From assembly GCA_965249575.1 (NCBI GenBank), contig OZ252244.1:2944001-3008000 (forward strand): a stretch of 64,000 nucleotides of DNA, given 5' to 3'. A program made the position numbers and the translations under genes. This DNA comes from Gemmatimonadales bacterium (GTDB taxonomy: Bacteria; Gemmatimonadota; Gemmatimonadetes; Gemmatimonadales; GWC2-71-9). The notes under the pieces are model-generated. The model was not told where the DNA came from. It did no database searches and saw only the letters and a program-made list of their open reading frames with translations. Numbering within the stretch: the stretch's first letter is position 1; each line of letters begins with the position of its first letter. Shown here piece by piece: positions 31,971-41,243 of this stretch.

Positions 31971-32175
31971 GCCGCGGATTCGACATCCAGATCCGCACGA
32001 TTCCCGTCCGTGATCCCGATCGGTGGATCGGGATGGTCCGGGTGACGGAGCGACGCGGATCGACGGTTGACATCAATGGGGGAGTGGCAAGCCGGCGAGT
32101 TCCCGAAAGAGGTGGCGATTCGACGGCAGCTTGGACTACGCAAGGCGCCTCGTCGACTCTTGGCTGGGAGCCTGA
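31970..32175 (+). pseudogene. Remnant of a small hypothetical protein (two frameshifts, 5' end lost)
   Basis: Stitched frames read RGFDIQIRTIP...WIGMVRVTE / GEWQAGEFP / DGSLDYARRLVDSWLGA*. Confidence 0.35.
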
Positions 32176-32306
32176 CCGAGTCGCTGCTGCCGCGCGAGCC
32201 ATTCCGCCACCGACCGTTCGCAGACCTCGCGGTGGCGCTCGCGCACGGGCCGGGTGCACTCACGAGTATGGTCTCAACCCGCATCCGTAAGAGGAGGAAC
32301 GAAGAA

Positions 32307-32489
32307 ATGGCGTCCCACGAGAGCGACCACAACACGTGTACGGATTGCGGTGTCAAGATCACGGGGGTCCCCGTGGTCCCCTCCCAGGCGCAAATCGAGA
32401 AACTCAAGCCCACGGTCCTCTGCGCCGGGTGCGCGGAAGACCGAGGTCTCACGTTCGATACGCACGTTTTTGGGGGGCCCGGCGACTGA
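32307..32489 (+). CDS. Small zinc-finger protein (60 aa)
   Basis: GAGGAGG RBS; CTDC-x24-CAGC. Confidence 0.65.
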   Translation: MASHESDHNTCTDCGVKITGVPVVPSQAQIEKLKPTVLCAGCAEDRGLTFDTHVFGGPGD

Positions 32490-32942
32490 TACGGCAGCAT
32501 GCGGGACTACAGAGACGGAGCGGTCGACCGTGGCATCACTGGTAACAATTCGACCACCATCTGTCCCCTCCACGATCGCGCAGATCAAAGATTGCCAGTA
32601 GGCACAACCAGCGGCTCACGGTGGCAAGCTCTGGTTTCACCCGATCCCTAGCATGCAACTGCCTCGCTCAGCGTCCAAAGGCTGACGGGCTCCCCTTCGG
32701 GTCGGATGCTGATCTTCCCAGGGAACTTTCGTTCCTCGATATACACGCGCGCTCCAGCTTTCGTGAGATAACGCCAGGGTGCTCCATGGCATATCGTCCG
32801 AAGGAACCCGGTCTCCGGCCGCCGCCCAGATCCACTACTCTATCGACTTGTTGGGCCGTCAGAGCCGCACATACCCCTCCTTCGTGACTCAAACGCTGCC
32901 GGTCCTCACCGACCTCGTGGTAACTCGTGACGATGTTGGGCG

Positions 32943-33347
32943 CTAAGGTATCGTCTTCAGAACAGACTGTGCGACATACCCGATCCGTCGATTGTTCGCG
33001 TACGCCGCGTACCAACCATTGGCGAAATCGCCGACCTCCACGGTTGACCCAGCAGGGAGTTGCCGGACGACCGGATGGTTCGTGGACGGTCCCTCGCGTA
33101 CGTTCACCGTGTTCCATGTGTACCGGGTGACTCGCGTCTGGGTTGGTGCTGACTGCGTTCCGGGAGCTAGGTCGTCGCGACCACTAGAGGAGAGGGTCGC
33201 AACCAACATGACGAACAGGAAGACGATTCCGAGGCTCGTTGCCGTGCCCAATCGGGACTTCCCTGGCGCTTTGACTCCGCAGTGAGGACAGGAAGCCGCC
33301 CTCCTGGCCACCTGCTGTCCGCACTCCCGGCAATTCGTCAAGGCCAT
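32943..33347 (-). CDS. Zinc-ribbon + TM + bacterial SH3 domain protein
   Basis: MALTNCRECGQQV...CPHCG; TM helix; VNVREGPST...GW...GYV. Confidence 0.85.
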   Translation of the reverse strand: MALTNCRECGQQVARRAASCPHCGVKAPGKSRLGTATSLGIVFLFVMLVATLSSSGRDDLAPGTQSAPTQTRVTRYTWNTVNVREGPSTNHPVVRQLPAGSTVEVGDFANGWYAAYANNRRIGYVAQSVLKTIP

Positions 33348-33441
33348 GGTGCACGCTCTGCTCGGTTTACCACAGCGGACCTCATCTTCACGTGATGGGG
33401 ATACCGACGAGCGCCCCGACCTTTATCAGAAAAGCCCTTGC

Positions 33442-33697
33442 TCACAGCGCCAACCTCGGGTTTACCCGGTCCGCCGGCCTTCCGGTCTGCCGTACGGCGA
33501 GCTGGTCCCATTCAATGACGCGGCGCTTGACATCTTCTTCGGTCTCGTCGGCTGCGGAGCGGAACGCCGAACGCCACATCCCGTCCACCTCGACCATCCA
33601 CATCGCGTGTGCGGGGAATATGCCCACCGGCGCAACATGACACCGGTACGTGCGTTCACCATGGGTGAACTCGACCTGATGGATGTATGATACGCAC
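33442..33697 (-). CDS. Small 'YRC...AMWxVEV' family protein Y2 (GTG start one base out of frame)
   Basis: GGAGG-atacc-GTG; 17/33 identities to the Y1 core. Confidence 0.65.
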
Positions 33698-33713
33698 GGT
33701 ATCCTCCCGCCTG

Positions 33714-33731
33714 ACGTGAACTGGATCACGT
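33714..33731. promoter_or_regulatory. CRP/FNR-type palindrome
   Basis: ACGTGA-actgga-TCACGT just upstream of the Y2 RBS. Confidence 0.5.
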
Positions 33732-34098
33732 TTCCTGTGAGTGACCAGCGGTCTCGTCGCCGGGCGGGCGTCCTGCGGGGCGTCAGTACGGCGGCGGGGC
33801 CAGCGTCGGCCACCGGCGTGATTCTTCATACTGAAGCCTGGTTCAAGGGGCGGCAAGAGTGGCGCGCAGGCAATACGCTGGGAGGTCCCCCAGATCGCGT
33901 GTCAAACGCCGCAGAGGGCCATGGCTCTATTCCACGGACTCGGCAGAGATCGAACATCACTCCCGTTCTGCTAATCTGACCGCCGGTCATTGGCCCAGAC
34001 CCGGTGTTATCAAGAACGACACTTGGCCGACCAACGGGGAGATGCGGACTACGACCGGGTGGTGGGGAAGTGACGGTCCAATCGCACTGAACGCAGAA

Positions 34099-34365
34099 CT
34101 ACTGCTCATCCTGACGTTGGAGCCATTGCGTAACCACCGCCACGCACCGATCGCGCACACGATCGGTGATATCGCCTTGACTGCGGACGGAGTTGAGCGT
34201 CCTCTGGAGACGCCGCTCAAGTCGCCGTCGTTCGCGAACACGAAACCCGCCCCAGAACAACTCCACCAGGCCCGCAAGACGGTCAGGCCACCGGCCCTCC
34301 ATGACCAGGAGGTCCTCGGGGAGCCTCCGGGCCCGCTCCGGATCCGCTGGGCCGATCGGGGTTAC
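34099..34365 (-). CDS. 'MEG...WGG...RCVA' family protein M2 (start uncertain; nearest in-frame ATG at 34458)
   Basis: Aligns without gaps to M1 (24421-24723). Confidence 0.68.
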   Translation of the reverse strand, partial: VTPIGPADPERARRLPEDLLVMEGRWPDRLAGLVELFWGGFRVRERRRLERRLQRTLNSVRSQGDITDRVRDRCVAVVTQWLQRQDEQ

Positions 34366-34543
34366 CTCCGGAGGTGGCGGACAAAGAGATGACCGTGATC
34401 CTGTAGCAGAGCCCACCACGAGGACGTCCTCCCGTTGTCCGAACCACTGATCGCTCATGATCGGAATCCTTGGTGAGGATCCAGGTCCGTTGGGGGCTCG
34501 GCTCGGGCGCAGCCGCAAAGGTCGTCGTTCATCACGGGCGTGC

Positions 34544-34834
34544 CTACGTCCCCGCGGGCTGCCGCGGCGCACCATCTGCCAGAACGTTGTACACCTCGCC
34601 GATGTGCGGCCGGCCGACATCCACGCCGGCCTCCCGGAAGGCAGCCATCACCGTCTCTCGAAACGCGTTGAAGGCCTCCTCCGATTCCCACACCTCGACG
34701 ACCCGCAGGTTTTCCGGTCGGCCAAGACACACGTGGTGGATGCGTCCAGGCGGTTGATCATCAACGCGCCGGAGCACCTCATCGTAGAGCTTCGCCGTCA
34801 TCCCGGCGGGAGTGAAGAACAGGGCGATCGCCAT
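34544..34834 (-). CDS. Small dimeric alpha+beta barrel (ABM-like) protein
   Basis: GMTAKLYDEV...PPGRIHHVC...LRVVEVWESEEAFNAF...EVYN. Confidence 0.75.
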   Translation of the reverse strand: MAIALFFTPAGMTAKLYDEVLRRVDDQPPGRIHHVCLGRPENLRVVEVWESEEAFNAFRETVMAAFREAGVDVGRPHIGEVYNVLADGAPRQPAGT

Positions 34835-34972
34835 CGGTACGCACCGTTTCGTAGGTTACTAGGGTGACGGGAATGCCGAACGACTTCGTCCCGTCAATGC
34901 CACGCAAAGGGTGTACCAAGGATCGGTCGAATAGGAGGGAGTTAAGTCCCTGTCAGATACAGCGATAGCGTG

Positions 34973-34988
34973 AGTGACCCACGTCACA
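34973..34988. promoter_or_regulatory. CRP/FNR-type palindrome
   Basis: AGTGA-cccacg-TCACA in the gap upstream of 34834. Confidence 0.45.
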
Positions 34989-35082
34989 CGAGGGCTCACT
35001 CGACATTCGGCAACAAATGTCGCGATCCGCGGAGACCGGCCACGCCACGTCTCGCTCGCTGCATGATCGACTCCTCAGGATG

Positions 35083-35299
35083 TCACTCGGAGCGTCCACT
35101 GACGACGAGATACCGCTGGCAGGCGCGGCAGCGCACCAGGACGCAATGCACCCGTCCTTTGGTCCGTGGCGGGGCCCGTGGAAGCTCAGGCGGTTCTCGC
35201 ACCGCGGGCAGGGCACAGTTGCATCGGGGGTGAGCGCCTGCTTGCGGAGGGTGCGAATTGGGAGTGCGAAACGAGCGTCCGTATGTGCGGGTCAGCCAT
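35083..35299 (-). pseudogene. CPRC zinc-ribbon protein Z3 (frameshifts near 35290 and 35170)
   Basis: Stitched frames: MAD(P)AHTDARF...VPCPRCENRLSFHGP / VLVRCRACQRYLVVSG; matches Z1. Confidence 0.65.
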
Positions 35300-35336
35300 A
35301 GCCGGCCCTGAGACGACGGCGGCACGCGGAGCGGTG

Positions 35337-35855
35337 TCACAAGTCTTCCCACACCCAGACGTCCTTGCCGGTGGCGTCGAACCTGTAGCGACTCACGGTG
35401 ATATACTGAAACTCTCCCTCGCCTCCACGCTTGTACAGGCCGAGCATGTAGTCGTTCTCAATCACCAGCTTCTTTTCCTTCCAGAGCAACCCAACATCTC
35501 CGAGTATCGTGTCGATGGCTTCCCACGCCGGAGCCAACTGACCCGCGTTGGCCCGGTCAACCTCCACGATACAAACGCCCCACGTCTGGGCCAGCGGGAA
35601 GCGAGACTCGTCGAGATAGTCTTTGGCATGTGTCAGCAACACGCGTCTACTCGCAGCCGATCGCTTGAAGTGAAACGCATGGTTGCATCCAAGCAGGCCG
35701 CGTTCCGCGGCCGTCTCCACCTCGTACTGCCGGGACCGAAGGACGCCAATGATCGCCCCGGCAACGTCCTCGTCCGCATAAAACCTCACGCTCCGAGCGG
35801 CTTGGTCCACTTCACCGATTTCTGCCCGATCAGCTACCAGCTTAACCCAGACCAT
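35337..35855 (-). CDS. DUF5615/Mut7-C-like PIN-domain protein
   Basis: RFYADEDV...EVETAAERGL...RVLLTHAKDY. Confidence 0.65.
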   Translation of the reverse strand: MVWVKLVADRAEIGEVDQAARSVRFYADEDVAGAIIGVLRSRQYEVETAAERGLLGCNHAFHFKRSAASRRVLLTHAKDYLDESRFPLAQTWGVCIVEVDRANAGQLAPAWEAIDTILGDVGLLWKEKKLVIENDYMLGLYKRGGEGEFQYITVSRYRFDATGKDVWVWEDL

Positions 35856-36072
35856 TCTTCAGAAGGCTACCGATTCCGAAAGAGTCTCCGCAAGGACGGC
35901 TCGCTCATTACCGGGTGCCGGTACGAGTAGGGGAACGCGGACAGCACGCGGCTCGGAAGTGGACCAACCGGAGCCCGCGTCACGGAAGGCCGAGCGCCTC
36001 TCTAGCCAACCGTTGCTCTCCCATGCATCTTCGACACCCTAGTTCCCTATTGCGTACTGAGCCCGGAGGGTA

Positions 36073-36903
36073 CTGCTCACGCCCTACACGACGAAACCTG
36101 ACAGAAGCACGTCCTCGGTCACTCGCCACTTCACCAGTGTAGCCCAGCACTACCGCGGGCTGCGCGATCTGGATGAGCGCTCTGCCCGCCGGGTCGCGGC
36201 GATGTTGGCGGCTCTCGCGCGGCCAGGCGCTCAGCTCCGCGCCCTCGACGTCGGAGCGGGAACGGGACGATACACCGAGGCGGTGCTTACCAAGCTCGCG
36301 GCGGACTACGGCCTCGGGTGCGCCACCGTGGCCTACGATGTCAACCGGAGGATGTTGGTCAGCACCGTCGAGGCAGCCGGCGACACTGACGTGTCGTTGG
36401 CGCGGGTCGTGGGGCTCGCCGAGACCCTGCCGTTTCGGGACGCGGCGTTCGACGCGGTCCTCTCGTTCAACGCGGTCCACCATTTTGATCTCCACACATT
36501 TCTCGCGGCAGCCGCCGGGGTGCTGCGGCGTGACGGATGCTTGATCGTGTACACGCGGAGTCCGGAGCAGAACCGGCGGACGGTGTGGGGCACACTGTTC
36601 CCCCACTTCGCGGAACGCGAAACGCGCCTCTTTGGCAAGGAGGAGCTACGGAGGGTCTTGGCGAGCCACGCGGATTTCTCCTCGGTAACGCTTGAAACCG
36701 TGCCCTGGACCGTGCGGACGACGGCGGTTCGACTGGTGGAGCAGGCAACCGGTCGCTACTACTCGACGTTCAGCTTCTACACACCGGGGGAGTTCAGCGC
36801 GGCGCTCGCCACCTTCGAAGCGCGGCTCGCCACAGCCTTCGCCGATCCCTCAAAGGTCATCGTGCAGAACGACCATCTGCTGCTCGTCGCCCGGCGCCGT
36901 TAG
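36073..36903 (+). CDS. Class I SAM-dependent methyltransferase (start uncertain)
   Basis: LDVGAGTG, AETLPF, NAVHHF. Frame is open from 36061 and includes HFTSVAQHY upstream of the ATG at 36202. Confidence 0.85.
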   Translation: MLTPYTTKPDRSTSSVTRHFTSVAQHYRGLRDLDERSARRVAAMLAALARPGAQLRALDVGAGTGRYTEAVLTKLAADYGLGCATVAYDVNRRMLVSTVEAAGDTDVSLARVVGLAETLPFRDAAFDAVLSFNAVHHFDLHTFLAAAAGVLRRDGCLIVYTRSPEQNRRTVWGTLFPHFAERETRLFGKEELRRVLASHADFSSVTLETVPWTVRTTAVRLVEQATGRYYSTFSFYTPGEFSAALATFEARLATAFADPSKVIVQNDHLLLVARRR

Positions 36904-37085
36904 GATTCCTGGACACCATCACGCCGCACATCGTCCTCGGACCGGTGGGCATCCGGTCCCGTGCCTCGCCCGTCGTAATGCTACAGTGGAAAGTTGAAAA
37001 CTGACGTATGGAACCCGGCCGAACGACGATCGTGCCAGGCGGGACCCGGCAGGCACGGTGAGAGGCGGCAGGGGCGCGTGACGTG

Positions 37086-38639
37086 ATGCTGGACGTGAGC
37101 ATCCTCCTCGCCTACTTCGCCGTCATCATGGCCATCGGCGTTCGCGCGCGGATGCGCGAGGGCGTCGGCACCGAGGAGTATTTCTTGAGCGCGCGGTCGC
37201 TCAAGTGGCCGTCGATTGCGATGTCGACCATCGCGACCAATATCCACGCCAACCACTTCATCGGGATGGCCGGCGCGGCGTACCTCTACGGGCTGGCGCA
37301 AGCCAACCTTGAGATCAATGCCATCTTCGGCATTCTGATTGCCACCTTTTTCTTCGTCCCGTTGTACCTGCGAATGAAGGTCGTCACCATTACGCAGTTC
37401 TTCGAGGCGAAGCTCGGCGCCCCGGTCGCGCTGGCGTATTCGATTCTCATGATCGTCCTGTACTCGGTCCTCTACCTCGGGACCGCGTTGTTCTGGGCGG
37501 CCTACGCGATCGATGGGGTCTTCGGGGACGGGGTGGCCGTGCTGCATTCCGATCCAATTGTCCGGCTCGGCATTCTTATCGTCGGCACGGGGGTCTTCTC
37601 GGCGGTCTATACCTATCTGGGTGGGCTGCGAGCGGTCGTGCGGACCGACATCGCGCAGCTCCTCCTCCTCGTTGGGGGAGGACTGATCACCCTCTCGGCG
37701 GCCGTCCACCATCTCGGGGGATGGTCGAGTCTGTGGACCACCACGGGCGATCTCATGCACTTGCATCTGCCGCGAGATCACGAGACGCTGCCGTGGATCG
37801 GACTGTTTGGGATGTTCCTCTTGAACCTCAACTACTGGGGAGCGAATCAAGTCATCCTGCAGCGCGCGCTGGCGGCCAAGAATCTGCGACACGCGCAGAT
37901 CGGGCTCCTGGTAGGAGGCCTGCTGAAGTACTTGATGGTGCTCATCATCATCGTGCCGGGCATCGCGCTCGCCGGTATTCTTCGGGAGCACCCCCTCGAC
38001 GATCCCGATCTGGCGTATCTGACGCTGGTGAACACGCTCCTCCCCGCCGGCGTCCGGGGACTCATCCTGTGCGGGTTGTTCGCCTCACTCATGAGTACGC
38101 TGGATTCGATTTACAACTCGGTCTCGACCTTGTGGGCGATTGACATCTACAAGCGGTACCTCAGGCCGGATGCCTCCGACGGCCAGGTCGTGCGCGCCGG
38201 CAAGCTCGCGATCATCGCGACACTGGTCACCGGCGTGCTATTCAGCTTCATCGTGGTCTACGTCAAGTATGGCAATCCCCAATTTCCCCTGACCCACTGG
38301 TTCAACGAGCTGTCTTACTATGTCAAGAACGGCTTCGTGCTCCTCGTCATGGCGGCCGTCTTTCTCGTGAATCCGTCCAAGCGCCTTGTGCTCGCCACGT
38401 TCTTATCCAGCGTGGCGGTGACGTACCTCATGAACGTGTACTTTGAAGCGATGAACTACTTTGTGCGTTCAGGTTGGGTGATCGTGCTCACGTTCGCGAT
38501 GGTGGCCATTCCCACGATGCTCAGGAATGGTTGGCGTGTGCCGCTCAGCGACCTGCTCACGGTCTCAAGCAGCACGGCGGCTCGGTTCGGCACCGCGTTG
38601 CTGGGATCGCTTGTTCTTTCCCACATCGTGTTCCACTAA
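37086..38639 (+). CDS. Sodium:solute symporter (SLC5/SSS)
   Basis: YFLSARSL, STIATNI, YTYLGGLRAVVRTD, NQVILQRALAAK, SLMSTLDS. Confidence 0.92.
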   Translation: MLDVSILLAYFAVIMAIGVRARMREGVGTEEYFLSARSLKWPSIAMSTIATNIHANHFIGMAGAAYLYGLAQANLEINAIFGILIATFFFVPLYLRMKVVTITQFFEAKLGAPVALAYSILMIVLYSVLYLGTALFWAAYAIDGVFGDGVAVLHSDPIVRLGILIVGTGVFSAVYTYLGGLRAVVRTDIAQLLLLVGGGLITLSAAVHHLGGWSSLWTTTGDLMHLHLPRDHETLPWIGLFGMFLLNLNYWGANQVILQRALAAKNLRHAQIGLLVGGLLKYLMVLIIIVPGIALAGILREHPLDDPDLAYLTLVNTLLPAGVRGLILCGLFASLMSTLDSIYNSVSTLWAIDIYKRYLRPDASDGQVVRAGKLAIIATLVTGVLFSFIVVYVKYGNPQFPLTHWFNELSYYVKNGFVLLVMAAVFLVNPSKRLVLATFLSSVAVTYLMNVYFEAMNYFVRSGWVIVLTFAMVAIPTMLRNGWRVPLSDLLTVSSSTAARFGTALLGSLVLSHIVFH

Positions 38640-38848
38640 GGGCGGCTCGAGTGAAAAGGCAAGACTATCAATGTGCTTCAGCTCCCGGCACCCGCGGTCC
38701 CCCGGGACCTGGGGGCCGCCCGCCGGTCGGTTGGCCGGTGCGTTACGTGGCGTGACAGGGGAGACTGCGATTCCATGAAGGAGGAGACATCCCGCTCCCA
38801 GGGGCATTCCAGTGGAAAGACCCGCACCAAGTATATTTGCTGGTCCTG

Positions 38849-38931
38849 GCCCGAGTGGCGAAATGGCAGACGCGCCGGACTCAGTGTCCGGTGGGGGCAA
38901 CCCCGTGTGAGTTCGACTCTCACCTCGGGCG
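38849..38931 (+). tRNA. tRNA-Leu(CAG)-like, atypical (T37, G38, G73)
   Basis: Acceptor GCCCGAG/CTCGGGC; Leu-type D arm GCGAAATGGCAGACGC; anticodon arm CCGGA-CTCAGTG-TCCGG; variable arm GGGG-GCAA-CCCC; T arm GTGAG-TTCGACT-CTCAC. Confidence 0.85.
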
Positions 38932-38954
38932 GGGCACGGTGTCAAGGAAACCAT

Positions 38955-39116
38955 CTAGCGTTGTTGTTCGTGCCGGCGACGATTGGTACGGCAGCTGGGG
39001 CAACGGACCATCCGGAAGCGGTCGGGGAGGAAGTCGTCACCACAATCGCGGCACCGTAAGGGCCACTTCCTAAGCCTGCGTGCGTGAGCCCCACGGACCG
39101 CCTCGACATTGTTCAC
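38955..39116 (-). CDS. Small zinc-ribbon protein (about 53 aa)
   Basis: LRCRDCGDDF...VRCPSCR. Confidence 0.45.
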   Translation of the reverse strand: MNNVEAVRGAHARRLRKWPLRCRDCGDDFLPDRFRMVRCPSCRTNRRRHEQQR

Positions 39117-39369
39117 ATTCGCGTGTCGGGGATGCTCACCGGGTTCCACCGCAGGAACCGGTGGGCAGGGACCGTCACGCGCAGGGTCAGGCGCACGCGT
39201 CACGAGCTCGACCGGAGGGTGCTCAACCGGCTGCGATCGTCTGACGCACCGCTCGGTCGCGACTGCCAATGGACGTGCTCGGCCTGTTCGGTCCGGCGCC
39301 CAGGCGAGCACCCGGCGCGAGTCCTGGTCCAGCACGCCGCGGGACCACACACGGGAGTAGAGGGCACCC

Positions 39370-39490
39370 ATGGACCTGATCAGCCTCTTAGGCATACCGG
39401 CGATTGTCGCTGGCGTGATCCTGCTCATCGCCGTGTGGTGGTTGTTCAGCTACGTTCCCCTCCGGCTGTGGGTCGCGGCGGCGCTCCGGC
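39370..39490 (+). pseudogene. 5' fragment of a flotillin-like FloA/YqfA protein
   Basis: TM helix then FSYVPLRLWVAA; similarity lost afterwards. Confidence 0.5.
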
Positions 39491-39752
39491 GCCGACGCAT
39501 ATCGACGTGCCGTCCTATTGGATCCGGCCGGTCGATGTCTAGGCCGGCCCCAGCTCCCCGAGACGAGCCGGGCGCGGAGCTCACCAGGCATCGACGGTGC
39601 GAAGCCGGGGTGCGTAGCGTCCGTCATGCGACCGTGTTACCGATTGCTACCGAGAGGGGAGGGACCAGGGAACCGATGCAGCAGCCAACGACTCTAACCC
39701 GTGGTCTCACCTACCTCTTCCCACCCAGCGTGTTCCCCGCCAGGGCAAATAC

Positions 39753-40388
39753 TCACGGTATGCCCAGCAGCTTGTGCGTCTGAAGGCTGAGCTTCCAACG
39801 GGGGTGCTCGGCACAGTAGCTCGCGGCAAGGTCGGTGTTCCGCTCTCGCTCCGGACCATCCATGGGCTGCAGGAAGAAATGCCGGAAGTCGAGCGACTCG
39901 AACTCGGGTGGCTCGGCGTCGTCTTGCGGATATACGAGCTTGAGCTCGTCTCCCGATGCGACCACGAGGCCCGCTCCAGCTTTGGGGCTCACGCAGATCC
40001 AGTCCACGCCCTCTGGAACCGGCAGCGTTCCGTTCGTCTCCAGCGCGATCTCGAGTCCTTGCTGGTGCAGCGCGTCGATGAGATCCCGGTCCAGCTGTAG
40101 TAGCGGCTCGCCGCCCGTGCAAACGACGAAAGCGTCGTAGCCGGTACCCTCCGGCCATTTCATGCGGACGGCCGAAGCGAGCGCGGCTGCCGACGCAAAC
40201 CTCCCGCCGCCCGGGCCGTCGGTCCCGACGAACTCGGTGTCGCAGAACCGGCAGACGGCGTCCGCTCGATCGCGCTCGTGGCCCGACCAGAGGTTGCATC
40301 CCGCAAACCGGAGGAAAACGGCCGGCCGGCCGGTATTCGCCCCCTCCCCCTGGAGTGTGAAGTAGATCTCCTTGACGGTGTAGGTCAT
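39753..40388 (-). CDS. queE: 7-carboxy-7-deazaguanine synthase
   Basis: [17 protein letters not shown]-x14-CxxC, TGGEP, ETNG, VSPK, SLQTHK. Confidence 0.96.
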   Translation of the reverse strand: MTYTVKEIYFTLQGEGANTGRPAVFLRFAGCNLWSGHERDRADAVCRFCDTEFVGTDGPGGGRFASAAALASAVRMKWPEGTGYDAFVVCTGGEPLLQLDRDLIDALHQQGLEIALETNGTLPVPEGVDWICVSPKAGAGLVVASGDELKLVYPQDDAEPPEFESLDFRHFFLQPMDGPERERNTDLAASYCAEHPRWKLSLQTHKLLGIP

Positions 40389-41083
40389 CGGGCGCGCGCC
40401 GAGGTGGCGGGGGTTGCCGGGTCGGCCACTCCGGCCTCGACGAATCCCTTGAGTCTCAAGGCGCACGCGTCGCACCGTCCGCATGCCTCACCTTTAGGAC
40501 CGGGGTCGTAGCAGCTTCTCGTGAGTGCGAAATCGACGCCGAGCTCCAATCCTCGCTCGACGATCGTTTTTTTGGAAAGCGAGACGAGTGGGGCGTGTAT
40601 CCTGAGCTTCTGCTTTCCCTCCACGCCGGCCTTGGTGGCGAGATCCGCCATTTTTTGAAAGGCAGCCAGGTATTCGGGCCGGCAGTCGGGGTAGCCGCTG
40701 TAGTCCAACGCATTCACGCCGATGAAGACGTCGCTCGCGCCCAACACCTCGGCCCACGCGAGTGCGAACGAGAGAAAGATCGTGTTCCGCGCCGGCACGT
40801 AGGTGTTTGGAATATCACTGGCAGAATCGGCGGCGCGGTCCTTGGGGACCGGGATGTCATCAGTAAGGGCGGACCCCCCGAACGCACGCAGATCGATATC
40901 CAGCACGACGTGCTGCTGCACGCCGATCTGGTGCGCTACGGCTCGCGCTGCATCGACCTCTACGGCATGGCGCTGCCCGTATCGAAACGTGAGCGCGTGG
41001 GCGTCATAACCCTCCGCGCACGCAATCGCCGCTGTCACGGCGGAGTCCATCCCGCCGCTCAACAGGGCCACAGCCTTCGGCAT
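40385..41083 (-). CDS. queC: 7-cyano-7-deazaguanine synthase
   Basis: [37 protein letters not shown]. Confidence 0.97.
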   Translation of the reverse strand: MPKAVALLSGGMDSAVTAAIACAEGYDAHALTFRYGQRHAVEVDAARAVAHQIGVQQHVVLDIDLRAFGGSALTDDIPVPKDRAADSASDIPNTYVPARNTIFLSFALAWAEVLGASDVFIGVNALDYSGYPDCRPEYLAAFQKMADLATKAGVEGKQKLRIHAPLVSLSKKTIVERGLELGVDFALTRSCYDPGPKGEACGRCDACALRLKGFVEAGVADPATPATSARAR

Positions 41084-41243
41084 GCTTGAAAAGTAAGCCG
41101 TACCTCTCGCCGAGTAAGAGGGGAAAAGGGGGCCGAATGCTGCCTCGTTGCGACAGGTAGCGTGGGATGCCGGGTTTCGGCCATCTTTAGGGCGCTTCCG
41201 CGGCGACGGGCGTCGCGGTTGTCGCGCCAATCCGAGTCGAGAC

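Noticed and set aside
32620..32900. Minus-strand ORF after an AAGGAGG RBS near 32880
   Set aside because: ATG frame stops after 10 codons and no frame gives a recognisable protein
19982..38849. Integrative island bounded by the two tRNAs
   Set aside because: No integrase and no duplicated tRNA 3' end found; only an 8-nt TCTCACCT match near 39705, which is not significant
38878..38886. Reading the tRNA as Sec/opal with anticodon TCA
   Set aside because: Stem register CCGGA/TCCGG centres CAG; 7-bp acceptor stem and Leu-type D arm
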